From NCBI GenBank assembly GCA_963821525.1, contig CAWGED010000004.1:1-64000 (forward strand): a stretch of 64,000 bases of DNA, written 5' to 3'. Within the stretch, counting starts at the first letter, position 1. The number at the start of each line of letters is the position of its first letter. The stretch is from an uncultured Gemmatimonadales bacterium (GTDB taxonomy: Bacteria > Gemmatimonadota > Gemmatimonadetes > Gemmatimonadales > GWC2-71-9). Below are positions 10,478-20,688 of this stretch, piece after piece. The notes beneath the pieces are model-generated. The model saw only the letters and a program-made list of their open reading frames with translations. It was not told the DNA's origin and did not search any database. Made by a program: the position numbers and the translations under genes.

Positions 10478-11470
10478 TCAGAATGGCAAGCGATCTACGG
10501 TAAGCGGCCCTCGCACTCTCAAGATCTCCGGCGCGTACCGAGATATCCCCAAGCTATTTCTGATCAGCGCGGTCCGAGGATCTACCCCGGCCCCTACGGA
10601 TTCACTCACTCGAAGCGCGCGTTCCACGCTGATCCTTGCTTCACTGAGGCGCCCTTGGTCCCGAAAAAGGCGTCCGAGATTGTGAAGAAGCAACGCCAAA
10701 TCGAGACTATCGCCGCCTCCTATTTCCTCCGTCGCGGCGACCGCGTGTTTAAGACACACCACCGCCTCTTCGAGTCTCCCTTCATCCGCGAGAATCCCGG
10801 CGAGATCGTTCCGACGACTGCTCGCCTTGTGATCCCCACGGTGATTCTTCTCCTCGTCAATATCCACTGCCCTCCGGAGCAGTGCTGTTGCCTCCTCTGA
10901 TCCTCCGAGGTCTCGGATCACGTTGGCGAGATCGCCGAGCCGATCGGCGGTTTCCGGATGACTTGGCCCTACAACACGCTCTGTGATCCCCAGGGCCTCT
11001 TCATAATGCGACTTTACGCTCCCTAGATCGCCGATGTCACGCTCAATTGTTCCTAGATTGCTAAGGCAGGTTGCGTAATCAACACTGTTTTTTCCGCTCG
11101 CCTTTTGCCACAAAGTCAAGGCTGTCGGGGCTGGAACGACCTGCGCACCAAACAGGGCCGTCACGCCCTCACCAGCAGTGACAACGGCCTGGGTCGTCAC
11201 TAGGACTGTTACGGAGACATCCGGAATCAGGGATGAGAGCTCAAAGGTCGGTGACGACATAGTGGCATAGATCGTCGCCGAGCCGGCTTGGTGCGGAGTG
11301 AGAGTGGCGTTGTTCCCGCTCTGGGAGACGCTGACGATCTGCGAATTCGTTGTTTGCCAAGTGATTGTCGACGGGGAAGGTGGGAGTGCCTCGCAGGGGT
11401 TTTGTCCGCAGAGAGCTAGGTTCACTCGTTCGAGCCATGAGGCAGGATTCAGTGCGCCGGTGGTGCCCAC
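10478..11470 (-). CDS. Ig-like (BIG2-like) segment joined to TPR repeats; possibly a mosaic remnant
   Basis: TITWQTTNSQIVSVS...AGSATIYAT followed by YATCLSNLG...YEEALGITERVVGPSHPETA...LLHNLG repeats. Confidence 0.55.
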   Translation of the reverse strand: MGTTGALNPASWLERVNLALCGQNPCEALPPSPSTITWQTTNSQIVSVSQSGNNATLTPHQAGSATIYATMSSPTFELSSLIPDVSVTVLVTTQAVVTAGEGVTALFGAQVVPAPTALTLWQKASGKNSVDYATCLSNLGTIERDIGDLGSVKSHYEEALGITERVVGPSHPETADRLGDLANVIRDLGGSEEATALLRRAVDIDEEKNHRGDHKASSRRNDLAGILADEGRLEEAVVCLKHAVAATEEIGGGDSLDLALLLHNLGRLFRDQGRLSEARISVERALRVSESVGAGVDPRTALIRNSLGISRYAPEILRVRGPLTVDRLPF

Positions 11471-11556
11471 GGATCGTCATGCTCGCAGGGCTAGCCAAGC
11501 TGGGTTGACACGGGCATCGGTGCACTGGCGGGCTACAAGCGGTACCTTCTACCTCT

Positions 11557-14500
11557 ATGGGAGTCACACCCCGACCAACTCGGGTCTTCATTTCGTACTC
11601 GCACCATGACGCGGGGCCGGCGCAGAGGCTACAACGCGACATCTCGGTCGAAGGATTCGAGGTCTGGCTCGACCTCGCTCGGCTCAGCGGCGGCGAGAGC
11701 TGGACGGCCGAGATCGAGCAGGCCCTCGACAGAAGCGACGTGGTGCTGGCCTTGTTGTCGCGGGGTTCATTCGTCTCGGATACCTGCAGGGCAGAACAGC
11801 TTCGTTCGCTTAGGAAGGGCAAATGCGTCATCCGATCCTCGGGCAGGCGGATACCGACCGGCCCATACATCTGGAGGCCAAGCAGTTTCTCGACTTTTCG
11901 GAAGACAAGACCTACGACCGCCAGATCCTACAACTTCTGAACGCTATCCGACGCAGGGACGGTGTAGCGCTGATCAAGCAGTTTCGTCAGACCTACGTCA
12001 CAATGCCTCCGCTTCCGGCGAACTGCGTCCAGAGGCCGCGCGAGCTCGAGGCGCTGCGGCGCGCAGTCATTGGTGATGGGTCTGCTCGCCGCATCGCTCT
12101 CACTGCGCTCAAAGGGATGGCCGGCATCGGCAAGACCGTTCTGGCACAGTCGCTGTGTCTCGATGAGGCCACACAGGCGGCCTTCCCGGACGGAATCATT
12201 TGGCTCGCCTTGGGTAAGGATCCACGCGATCTAGTGCCGTTGTTTCGAGAGGCGGCTAAGGCGGTTGGAGACTCGTTGGAAGGCTATGACAGCCTGCAAG
12301 CGGCCAGCAACCGGCTCCGCAGCCGTCTGCGAGACAAATCGGTGTTGATCGTTTTGGACGATGTCTGGGATCCTCGCGATGCTGCGCCGTTCTTGACAGA
12401 CTCCCCGCGGAGCCGGCTTCTGATCACTACCCGTGACGCCCGCGCTGCGGTGGCCCTAGGCGCGAGCCAGCAGGAGTTGGACGTCCTTACCTGGGAGCAG
12501 TCGCGACACCTGATGGCATTGTGGGCCGACTGCCCTACCTCGGAGCTTCCACCTGAAGCAGGGGAGATTATCAGAGAGTGTGGCTGTCTGCCATTGGCCG
12601 TGGCAATGGTCGGCGCCCAGATGCGTGGCAAGCCTGATCGCTGGAAGAACATCCTGCAGAAGCTTCGTAACGCAGATCTCGACCGGATCCGCCAGAGTTT
12701 TCCCGACTACCCACATCCCGATCTCTTGCGGGCTATCGACGTGAGCATGGAAGCTTTGAGCGATGACCTGCGCAGTCGGTATCTCGCGTTCGCTGTCTTT
12801 CCGGAGGACTGCCTGATTCCGGAACCCGCCGTCCGAACGCTTTGGGGACTCGACCAATACGACACGGAAGACGCAACCGATCAGCTGGTCGATCTGTCGC
12901 TCCTAGCCCGCGACGACGACAAACGATTGCGAGTGCACGATCTAGTCCTGGACTACCTGCGACACCGCTTGGGGGCAGAGCGGTTGGTCGATAGTCATAA
13001 TGAACTCCTGCGGCGCTATTCGCTGATGTGCCCCCATCATTGGTCGGAAGGGCCGCAGGATGGATACTTCTTCGAGAATCTGATCTGGCACCTTCGCAGC
13101 GCCCAGCGGGGAGATGAGGCGCTCCGACTGCTGGCCGATTTCCGTTGGCTCGACGCGAAGCTGCGAGCTTGCGGCGTGGTGGCGCTGCTTCTCTGATTAT
13201 GAGTGGTACGCCTCGCGCGACGACAATGCGAGCTTGATCCAGGAAGCACTTCGCTTGTCAGCTCACCTGCTGGCCATCGATGTGACCCAGCTGGCGGGTC
13301 AACTGCTCGGCCGTCTCCTAGCGGACAATCTGGCGTAGTCGATCTGCTCCGGGCCGATGCCAGCGGTTTCGCGGAGGGCCTTGGTTACGCCCCCTGCGGC
13401 AACTGCTTCCCGGGCCGGGCCGCCCGTAATGTTATACTCTTCGGGCCACGCCGGCCGAGTGCGAAGTATCGCGCTTACGAAGGACGGCCTCAGGGTCGTC
13501 TCGGCATCCGACGACACCACGATAAAGATCTGGGACCTTCGCCGCGGGACCTGGAACGGACGCTGACCGGGCACGCCGACTGTGTCAGAGCAGTAGCGGT
13601 CCTACAACAGGGCGACAGAGCCGTGTCTGCGTCGGACGACCACACGCTCAAGGTCTGGAACCTCTCGACTGGCGAGGAAGAGGCCTGCATCGATACGCAA
13701 TTGGACTGGATTCGCCTACTGGTGGCCTTTGCAGATGCGCCGCGCGTCGCGTCGATATCCGACGACCGCACCATCAAGATTTGGAACCTCACAATAGGAA
13801 CAGTCGATAGAGTGCTGCGTGGGCATTCGGCCGAGATTAGCTGCCTAGCCATGATTCCCGGTGGCGGTGGGCTCGTTTCCGTGCGGATGACCGCACGCTG
13901 CGCCTCTGGAGCCCAGACCACGAGGGCGCAGCGGAAATCCTGAAGGGCCATCGCGCGAGGATTACAGCATTGGCTGCAGCGGCCGGCCGGATCGTGTCAG
14001 TATCAGCGGATGGCGCGGCGCGACTGTGGCACATCGGCGCTGAAAACGACTCGCGACTCTTGAACTGGAAGGCGTATGGCATCCGCGACGCGGCGTTCAC
14101 GCCGGATGGCACTACGATCATCGCGGCCGGAGACGACAACTGCCTGCATCTATTGGACCTGAGGAGCGACACTGAACGGGTTATAGAGGGCCACTCCGAT
14201 TGGGTGAGCCGTATCGCAGCAAACCCCGAACGGCCGTTATGCGGTGTCGGCTTCGGATGATGGAACCCTCAAGGTGTGGGACCTGAGTCGAGTAACGCGG
14301 GAACAATGATGCGCGACCACGATGACCGGGTCCGAGCAGTCGCTGTGACGCCGGATCAGCGGACCGCCTTGTCCGCCTCGGACGACCACACGATTCGCAT
14401 TTGGGACATGGTGACGCGAAGCGTGCGCCGGGTGGTCCAGAATGATCACCAGTGGGCGTTCGCGTGCACGCCAGATAGTTCGACGGTGGTATCCTCTGGT

Positions 14501-15189
14501 GGCACGGGCATGTGCTACGTATGGGATCTCGAATCGCAACAGGAGCTGCACCGCTTCCGGATACACCAGGATCGGGTACGCTGCGTGGCCGTGGCACCAT
14601 GTGGAACCCGGGTTGTATCTGGGGCCGACGACAGCACTGTACGGGTGTGGGACATTCAATCAGGAAAGGAAATGCTTTGTATCAACCTTGAGCGTCAGTG
14701 GCCACGCGCGGTGGTCATTACGCCCGATTCCCGCTTCGCGATCACGGCGGCGGAGAGCGCGAGTCTTAAGTTGTGGGATCTCGAGAATGGCGCCGATCTC
14801 CGTACTTTTCGCGGCCACACGGCGCGAGTCAATGCGGTCGCGGTGACCCGGGATGGCCGGCTCGTGGCGTCCGGCTCCGACGACCACACCTTGCGAGTCT
14901 GGAGCCTGAGCAGTGGTTCGACCATTACTGTCCTTCGCGGTCATCATGCGAAGGTGAATGCACCTGGCGTTCCTGCCTCGGCGACACTTCCGTCGTCTCC
15001 GCATCGGACGATGGGGATCTTCGCGTGTGGGATGTCATGAGTGGCGCACCGATGGCCTGCCTCAGCATTGAGACTCCATTGCTAAGCTGCGCGGTCATGT
15101 CCCAGACGGGGGAGATTATTGCCGGCGATCGGCTGGGGTTGGTTCACTTTGTGGCATGGGAAGCAATCCAAGGGCCAGCTCAAGCGTAA
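11557..15189 (+). CDS. Apaf-1-like NLR: TIR - NB-ARC - helical domain - WD40 repeats (multiple frameshifts)
   Basis: VFISYSHHD/WLD/CRAE TIR; GMAGIGKT, LIVLDDVW, LLITTRD, GCLPLA, VHDL; more than 10 GH...SASDD.T..WD repeats ending IIAGDRLGLVHFV. Confidence 0.92.
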
Positions 15190-15207
15190 TCTTGTATTAG
15201 GTGACTC

Positions 15208-16832
15208 ATGCCAAGAGACTCAGCTCAGACGAAACTGGAACGGGTAAGACCTCCCCGCGTCCACATAACAGACAAAACCACACGCGGCGGCGCGGTCGAC
15301 CGACGCGAGTTGCCGTTCGTCATCGGGGTCTTGGGGGACTTCTCAGGCGCGACTGGTCCATACCCTCGACCTTCCCTTCGAAACCGTAGGTTTGTGACGA
15401 TCAACTGGGACAATTTCAATGAGGTTCTCGCGTCGCTGGAGCCACGGGTCCGTTTCAAGGTCCCGAACCCCTCTGGCGGTGACGCCCTCGACGTTGACCT
15501 CACGTTCAAAAACATCGACGACTTCCACCCGGCCAGCCTTACCCAGCGGATCGAGCCGCTGCGCGCCCTGCAGCTCTCGGAATCGCCCGACGCCCGGGAC
15601 TCGTTGCGGTACTACCTCGATCACGTCCTACACACGCCCGAATTTCAGAACCTCGAGTCGGCATGGAGAGGACTGTGGTACCTGCTTTCCCGAACTGAGA
15701 CGAGTGCCCAGCTAAAGATCAAGTTGCTCGACGTCTCCAAACAGGAGCTGCGTCGTGACCTGCAGAGAAGCCCAGAACCCGATCAATCAGCGCTGTTCAA
15801 GAAGGTGTACGAGGAGCCGCTCGGGGGGGTTGAAGGGGGACCATTTGGGCTGTTCATAGGGGACTTCGCATTCACCATGGTGCCAGAGGATGTCGCCCTA
15901 TTGGAAGATCTGGCGGAGATAGCGGCCCGTTGCCTCGCCCCGTTCATTGCTGGCGCAACAGCGGGAATACGGCCTGGAAAGTTTCGCGCGGGTGAGTCAC
16001 AGGTCCTGATCTCGGCCAAGTCTCCAGGAGCCGGCGTGCGCACAATGGAGGAGTTTTCGGAAATCGGAGAGCTCGCGTTTATGAGGCCTCACGGTGCCGC
16101 GCATTCTGTTGCGATCTCCCTATGGCCTGCGCCCCTCAAATCCGGGAGAGTTTCAGTACGCCGAGGAGACCGTCCGCAGCAACCATTTGTTGTGGGGAAA
16201 TGCCGCATATGCGCTCGCTGCCTGCATTGCCAACGCGTTTGCCCTCTATGGATGGTGTGGCAGCATCAGGGGAGTGGACGGAGGCGGGCTGGTCGAAGGG
16301 CTCCCCACCTGGGTTCACGAGTTCGAGGGTGGAAAGCTGAGGTCCGCCGTCGAGGTTCTGATCACGGACAGGCGCGAAAAGGAGTTCGCGGATCTCGGCT
16401 TCATACCGCTTGTGCACATAGTCGGGGCGGAGTACGCGACGTTCTTTTCCGTCCCATTGTGTATGCAGCCGAGGATATACGACCTTGACGCCGCGACCGC
16501 GAACAGTCGACTGTCGTGCCAGCTGCAGTATGTCCTCACGGCATCCCGCTCGCACACTACCTAAAGGTGATAGCGCGTGATCGCCTCGGCTCGTTCCTGA
16601 CGCGCGGAGACATGGAGCGGCTTCTGAATGATTGGATCTCGCAATACGTCCTCACGGACGATCAGGCATCGCCGGTGATCAGGGCTGGTTGCCCCCGCTA
16701 CGCGAAGCCAGGATTGACGTGGCAGAAGCCCCAGGGAAGCCTGGAGTGTATCGAGCCGTGATGTTTCTGCGCCCCCATTTTCAGCTCGATGAGCTGTCGC
16801 TCTCCTTGCGAATTGTCACCGATCTGAACTGA
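15208..16832 (+). CDS. tssBC: Single-chain TssB-TssC (VipA-VipB) contractile sheath fusion protein (frameshifts in the 3' half)
   Basis: TssB motifs KLERVRPPRVHIT, ELPFVIGVLGDFSG, RRFVTINWDNFNEVL, LTFKNIDDFHP in frame with TssC motifs VLHTPEFQNLESAWRGL, DQSALFKKVYEE; later PRILLRSPYG, LWGNAAYA, GWCGSIRG..GGGLVEGLP, ITDRREKEFADLGFIPL, FLRPHFQLDELSLSLRIV. Confidence 0.92.
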
Positions 16833-17161
16833 ACGGGCAGGGGCGCGCGTCGCCGGGCTAGACGATTCGAAGTGGTGGGGAAAGACGAATCGCCGATCGG
16901 GGCTCAGGAACGGATCACCGGGCCGTACATTTCCAGAAGCCGATCTCCCCCTCGGCCAAGACGTCGTAAACCACATCCGTCCGAAGGGAGTGGTAAGCTC
17001 GAGCAAAGCGGGCGTCGGGGATGACCTTCTTCCTCAATCGCCCCTTCTATCTGGTGGTGGTCCTGATCATCCTGGCCGTCACGCTTGCGCTCCCACCCAC
17101 GGACCTCGAACGCGGCGGCGCCAGTGTGCTGTGCGCAGCCATCCTCACCTTAGGGCGTGCT

Positions 17162-17267
17162 GATCGAGCGGGTCACGGCGGCCAACAACCGGACCGCGCA
17201 GGTGCTCTACGAGAAGACGGGGTACAAGCGGGACGAGGAGTTCGTGCGGTACGAGCTGTGGATGTGA
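17162..17267 (+). pseudogene. C-terminal remnant of a GNAT acetyltransferase
   Basis: TAANNRTAQVLYEKTGYKRDEEFVRYEL-stop resembles GNAT motif B (N..A..LY...G); no N-terminal part is visible. Confidence 0.5.
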
Positions 17268-17294
17268 AAAGTGCGGAGGCTTTCGCCTCCGCAC
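17267..17294 (-). terminator. Intrinsic terminator
   Basis: Perfect 10-bp stem GTGCGGAGGC-TTTC-GCCTCCGCAC with a T-tract on the minus strand, just downstream of ORF 17316..17642. Confidence 0.7.
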
Positions 17295-17315
17295 CGAGCA
17301 GAGCTCACAACGTGG

Positions 17316-17642
17316 CTAGTGTTTCGCGGGGGAGCCAAAGGCGGGCGGGGTCAGGTCCGGAACCGGCTCGAGGTGGTCCACTCCACACCAGTTGAGCAGC
17401 CCCGACACCTCGACCGCGTGTTCCATGGTGTCGACCATCACCTCGGTCTCACCATTGGTCACCACGGGGATGATGTGAAGCCGGTTCCGGCCCCGACGAT
17501 TGAGGGTGCGCCCTCCCGGCCGCCATGGCCCTTCTACTGCGGCTAACTCGACACCTTCACGCTTCAATCCTTCGGCGAGACGATACGCCACGGTGGGCTG
17601 ATAGCGGTGGCGACGAGAGACAAAACTGTATGCTGGCATCAT
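17316..17642 (-). CDS. Hypothetical protein
   Basis: GAGG RBS, ATG, protein-like composition, downstream terminator. Confidence 0.55.
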   Translation of the reverse strand: MMPAYSFVSRRHRYQPTVAYRLAEGLKREGVELAAVEGPWRPGGRTLNRRGRNRLHIIPVVTNGETEVMVDTMEHAVEVSGLLNWCGVDHLEPVPDLTPPAFGSPAKH

Positions 17643-17880
17643 CACTAACCTCACGGTCAGCGGTGGATTCCTAACTGACGACTAGGTCCCACGGCTTCAG
17701 GGTAGGGCGTAGCGATGGCGGGGTCGGTGAGTGGCGTCACAGGTTCGACGGTTCGTCGGTTGGACGGTTCGATGCCAGGGCGGAGGGGGGCAGCCAGCGC
17801 GGGCGGGACGAACAGGGCGGTCGATAATCAATCGAGCGAAGAGAAATGCGCGTGCTGCAACTCTCTCAACGAGGTGTCAG

Positions 17881-18651
17881 ATGTCAGATATGAACGGGCG
17901 AGTTGCACTGATTACCGGAGCGAGCAGTGGAATCGGACGGGCAACTGCCGAGGCCTTCGCAGCGAAGGGCGCGTCGGTTGTGGTGGCTGCGCGGCGACAG
18001 GATGAGCTCACTTCGCTAGTGACTGCGATAGAAGCCCGGGAAGGCAAAGCCAGCGCCATCAAGACGGATGTGTCAGCCAGGAAAGATGTAGAGCGTATGG
18101 TCGCCCACACGATTGAGTTGTATGGCCGTCTCGACTACGCCGTGAACAACGCGGGCATCGAAGGGCATCTCGCTGGCATCGTTGAATTGACCGAAGAGGA
18201 TTGGGACGACGTCCTTGATATCAATCTGAAGGGCACATTTCTCTGCCTGAAGTATGAGGCCAGGGCTATGATCACCGGTGGACGCGGAGGTGCAATCGTG
18301 AACATCGGCTCCATCAACTCATTCCTCGGCTTTCCGACTGGGGCAGCCTACGTCACCTCAAAGCACGGGCTGGTCGGGCTGACCACGAGTGTCTCCGCAG
18401 AGTTGGCGCCGCAGGGCATTAGGGTCAATCTCGTCTGTCCAGGAGTAATCGATACACCGATGCATCAGCGACTGCGGAGGTTGATCGGCGACGAGATTTA
18501 TGACAAGGGGTTGCTCCCGCAGGTGCACCTTCGACGGGCCGGGCGACCGGAAGAGATCGCTCAAGCCGTCGTTTTCCTGTGCTCAGACGAGGGTAGTTAC
18601 ATCACCGGCACGACACTGACCCCCGATGGCGGGTTCACGTTGACGATCTGA
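17881..18651 (+). CDS. Short-chain dehydrogenase/reductase
   Basis: TGASSGIG, NNAG, YVTSK, IRVNLVCPG. Confidence 0.93.
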   Translation: MSDMNGRVALITGASSGIGRATAEAFAAKGASVVVAARRQDELTSLVTAIEAREGKASAIKTDVSARKDVERMVAHTIELYGRLDYAVNNAGIEGHLAGIVELTEEDWDDVLDINLKGTFLCLKYEARAMITGGRGGAIVNIGSINSFLGFPTGAAYVTSKHGLVGLTTSVSAELAPQGIRVNLVCPGVIDTPMHQRLRRLIGDEIYDKGLLPQVHLRRAGRPEEIAQAVVFLCSDEGSYITGTTLTPDGGFTLTI

Positions 18652-18694
18652 GGGCACGCGATGTCGCCCTAACCGCCTGGAGAAACAGATATCT

Positions 18695-19426
18695 GTGCCC
18701 GACTGGTTTACCAGATGCGCCACAGGTGGCGCGCTGCCCACGCGCGCAGCCTCGGAGTTGGATGAGCGAGGCTTCGTCGTGCTTCCCGGCCCGGTCCCAT
18801 CGGATCGAATGGATGAATTGGCCGAGGCCTATACTGCCGCATTCGCGGCGGCCGGCGAGGACATCAGGGTGGGGAGTACCTCGACCAAGGTGGGCGATTT
18901 CGTCAATCGTGGTACCGATTGGGGCGACATCTACGTATTTCCGCCGTTGTTGGAAGCATGCTGTCGCGTCATCGGCCAACCCTTCAAGCTCAGCTCGTTC
19001 CTCGGGCGAACGCTGCGGCCGCACACCGCGGCCCAGGAGCTTCACGTCGACGTTCGGCGCGAATCACCCGACTGGCCACTCCTCGGCTTCATCCTGATGA
19101 TCGACGAGTTTCGACCCGACAACGGCGCCACGCGCTTCGTCCCGGGCTCGCATCGGTGGTCGAGCAACCCGGAGGACGCCATTCCAGATCCGCGTTCCAA
19201 ACACGATGACCAGGTGTTCGCGTGCGGCCCTCCGGGCTCACTGATCGTCTTCAACGGGTCCACCTGGCATGGCCATTCTGAAAACACCTCGAGCGGGCCG
19301 CGCCGGTCCCTCCAGGGCGCGTTTGTTCCTCGCACCGGACATGCCGCGACTGACTTCGGGGCACGAATGCAACCCGACACGCGGACGCGTCTCAGTGAAC
19401 TCGCGCGATATGTGCTGGCACTCTGA
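18695..19426 (+). CDS. PhyH-family Fe(II)/2OG dioxygenase
   Basis: LHVD, NGATRFVPGSH, GSLIVFNGSTWHG, RRSL. Confidence 0.88.
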   Translation: MPDWFTRCATGGALPTRAASELDERGFVVLPGPVPSDRMDELAEAYTAAFAAAGEDIRVGSTSTKVGDFVNRGTDWGDIYVFPPLLEACCRVIGQPFKLSSFLGRTLRPHTAAQELHVDVRRESPDWPLLGFILMIDEFRPDNGATRFVPGSHRWSSNPEDAIPDPRSKHDDQVFACGPPGSLIVFNGSTWHGHSENTSSGPRRSLQGAFVPRTGHAATDFGARMQPDTRTRLSELARYVLAL

Positions 19427-19449
19427 CAGTTAGCCAAGGGAGCGTCGAA

Positions 19450-19839
19450 GTGAAATTCATCATTCCCTTAGGGTTTGTTGTTGCGTGCAGCACTAATCAC
19501 CCCGTCACGGTCACACCCGACGCGGTCCAGCTCGCTCAGTATCTCGAGGCCCACCCGGCTTCCGCCCTTCAAGTCACCGATACCACGGGGCACCGTTACT
19601 GGCTGTACGATCCCGTGGTCCAGAACGACTCGCTCATCGGGGTGAAGAGCCGGGCCGAGCCCGAGGTGCGGTGGGGATTGCCGCTGGCGGAGATCCGGGG
19701 CCTGGCCCGGTCCGAGTTCGACACTCCCAAGACCATCGGCCTGGCGAGCGGGATCCTCATCAGCATGGTGACGATCGTGACCATCATGGAGAGTGAGCAG
19801 GGAGCACTAGTTTATCCCGCTTTAATGGGTGGGGAATGA
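19450..19839 (+). CDS. Hypothetical lipoprotein/membrane protein
   Basis: Lipobox-like VVAC, C-terminal hydrophobic helix; similar layout to 21989..22396. Confidence 0.6.
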   Translation: MKFIIPLGFVVACSTNHPVTVTPDAVQLAQYLEAHPASALQVTDTTGHRYWLYDPVVQNDSLIGVKSRAEPEVRWGLPLAEIRGLARSEFDTPKTIGLASGILISMVTIVTIMESEQGALVYPALMGGE

Positions 19840-19967
19840 GCGGGGGGGGAAACAGCGTGAGAAGTGAGATGTAAGAGGTGAGAGGGAAAAGCAGGAAGGG
19901 AGAGTGAAAAGAGTAAGGAGTGAGGAGTGAGGAGAGGAATGACAGTTCGCTTGCGGGGGAAGAGATT

Positions 19968-20444
19968 ATGAAAACAATCATCGCAACCACAGTATTGCTC
20001 GCGACGGCGTCAGTCCTGGTGGCTCAGTATCCACCCAAGGACGAGCCGGCTCACCGCACGATGCTCACCCAGGACCAGATCCAGTGGGGCGCCGGACCAC
20101 CTGCCCTCCCCAAGGGCGCCCAGTTCGCGGTGATCGAGGGAGACATCAAGGCGAAGGGCCTCTTCACCTATCGGCTCAAGGTGCCGGACGGCTACCAGAT
20201 CAAGCCGCACTTCCATCCGGTGGACGAACACATCACCATAATCTCCGGCACCTTCCACATGGGCGTGGGAGACAAGTTCGATACCGGAGCGGGAACCACT
20301 CTACCGGCCGGCAGCTACGTCGTGATGCCGGCGGGAACCCACCACTTCGCCTGGAGCGAGGGAGAGACCATCGTGCAGGTGCACGCGATGGGGCCGTGGG
20401 GGGTGACGTATGTCGACCCGGCCGACGATCCGAGAAAGCAGTAG
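19968..20444 (+). CDS. Secreted cupin domain protein (DUF4437-like)
   Basis: Signal peptide; PHFHPVDEHITIISG, MPAGTHHFAW. Confidence 0.85.
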   Translation: MKTIIATTVLLATASVLVAQYPPKDEPAHRTMLTQDQIQWGAGPPALPKGAQFAVIEGDIKAKGLFTYRLKVPDGYQIKPHFHPVDEHITIISGTFHMGVGDKFDTGAGTTLPAGSYVVMPAGTHHFAWSEGETIVQVHAMGPWGVTYVDPADDPRKQ

Positions 20445-20504
20445 ACGGGAGACGGGAGACGGGAGACGGGAAAAGCGGACGGGGAACGCGAATGGTGAGA
20501 AGCA

Positions 20505-20592
20505 CCTCATCCCGAGCTAAGCGAGGGACCTGCTATCCTGACCTTGGCGCCAAGGTAAGGAGGTTAGGTCCCTCGCTTCACTCGGGATGAGG
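20505..20592. repeat. REP-like palindrome
   Basis: CCTCATCCCGAG..AAGCGAGGGACCT...AGGTCCCTCGCTT..CTCGGGATGAGG; related copies at 23786, 33202, 50274. Confidence 0.75.
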
Positions 20593-20688
20593 CAATTCAC
20601 GGCTTCGGCTACCCCTTCTCACTTCTCACGGCTCACGTCTCACGCTGTTCCCTCTCACTTCTCACGCTTTTCGTCCGCCCTGTCCGTC

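Noticed and set aside
15208..16832. A complete type VI secretion system locus
   Set aside because: Only the sheath fusion is present; no hcp, vgrG, tssE/F/G/K, tssJ/L/M or clpV was recognised in the window.
16833..17160. Short ORF fragments after tssBC as a third gene of the NLR module
   Set aside because: No coherent ORF with recognisable motifs; it looks like remnant DNA at the island edge.
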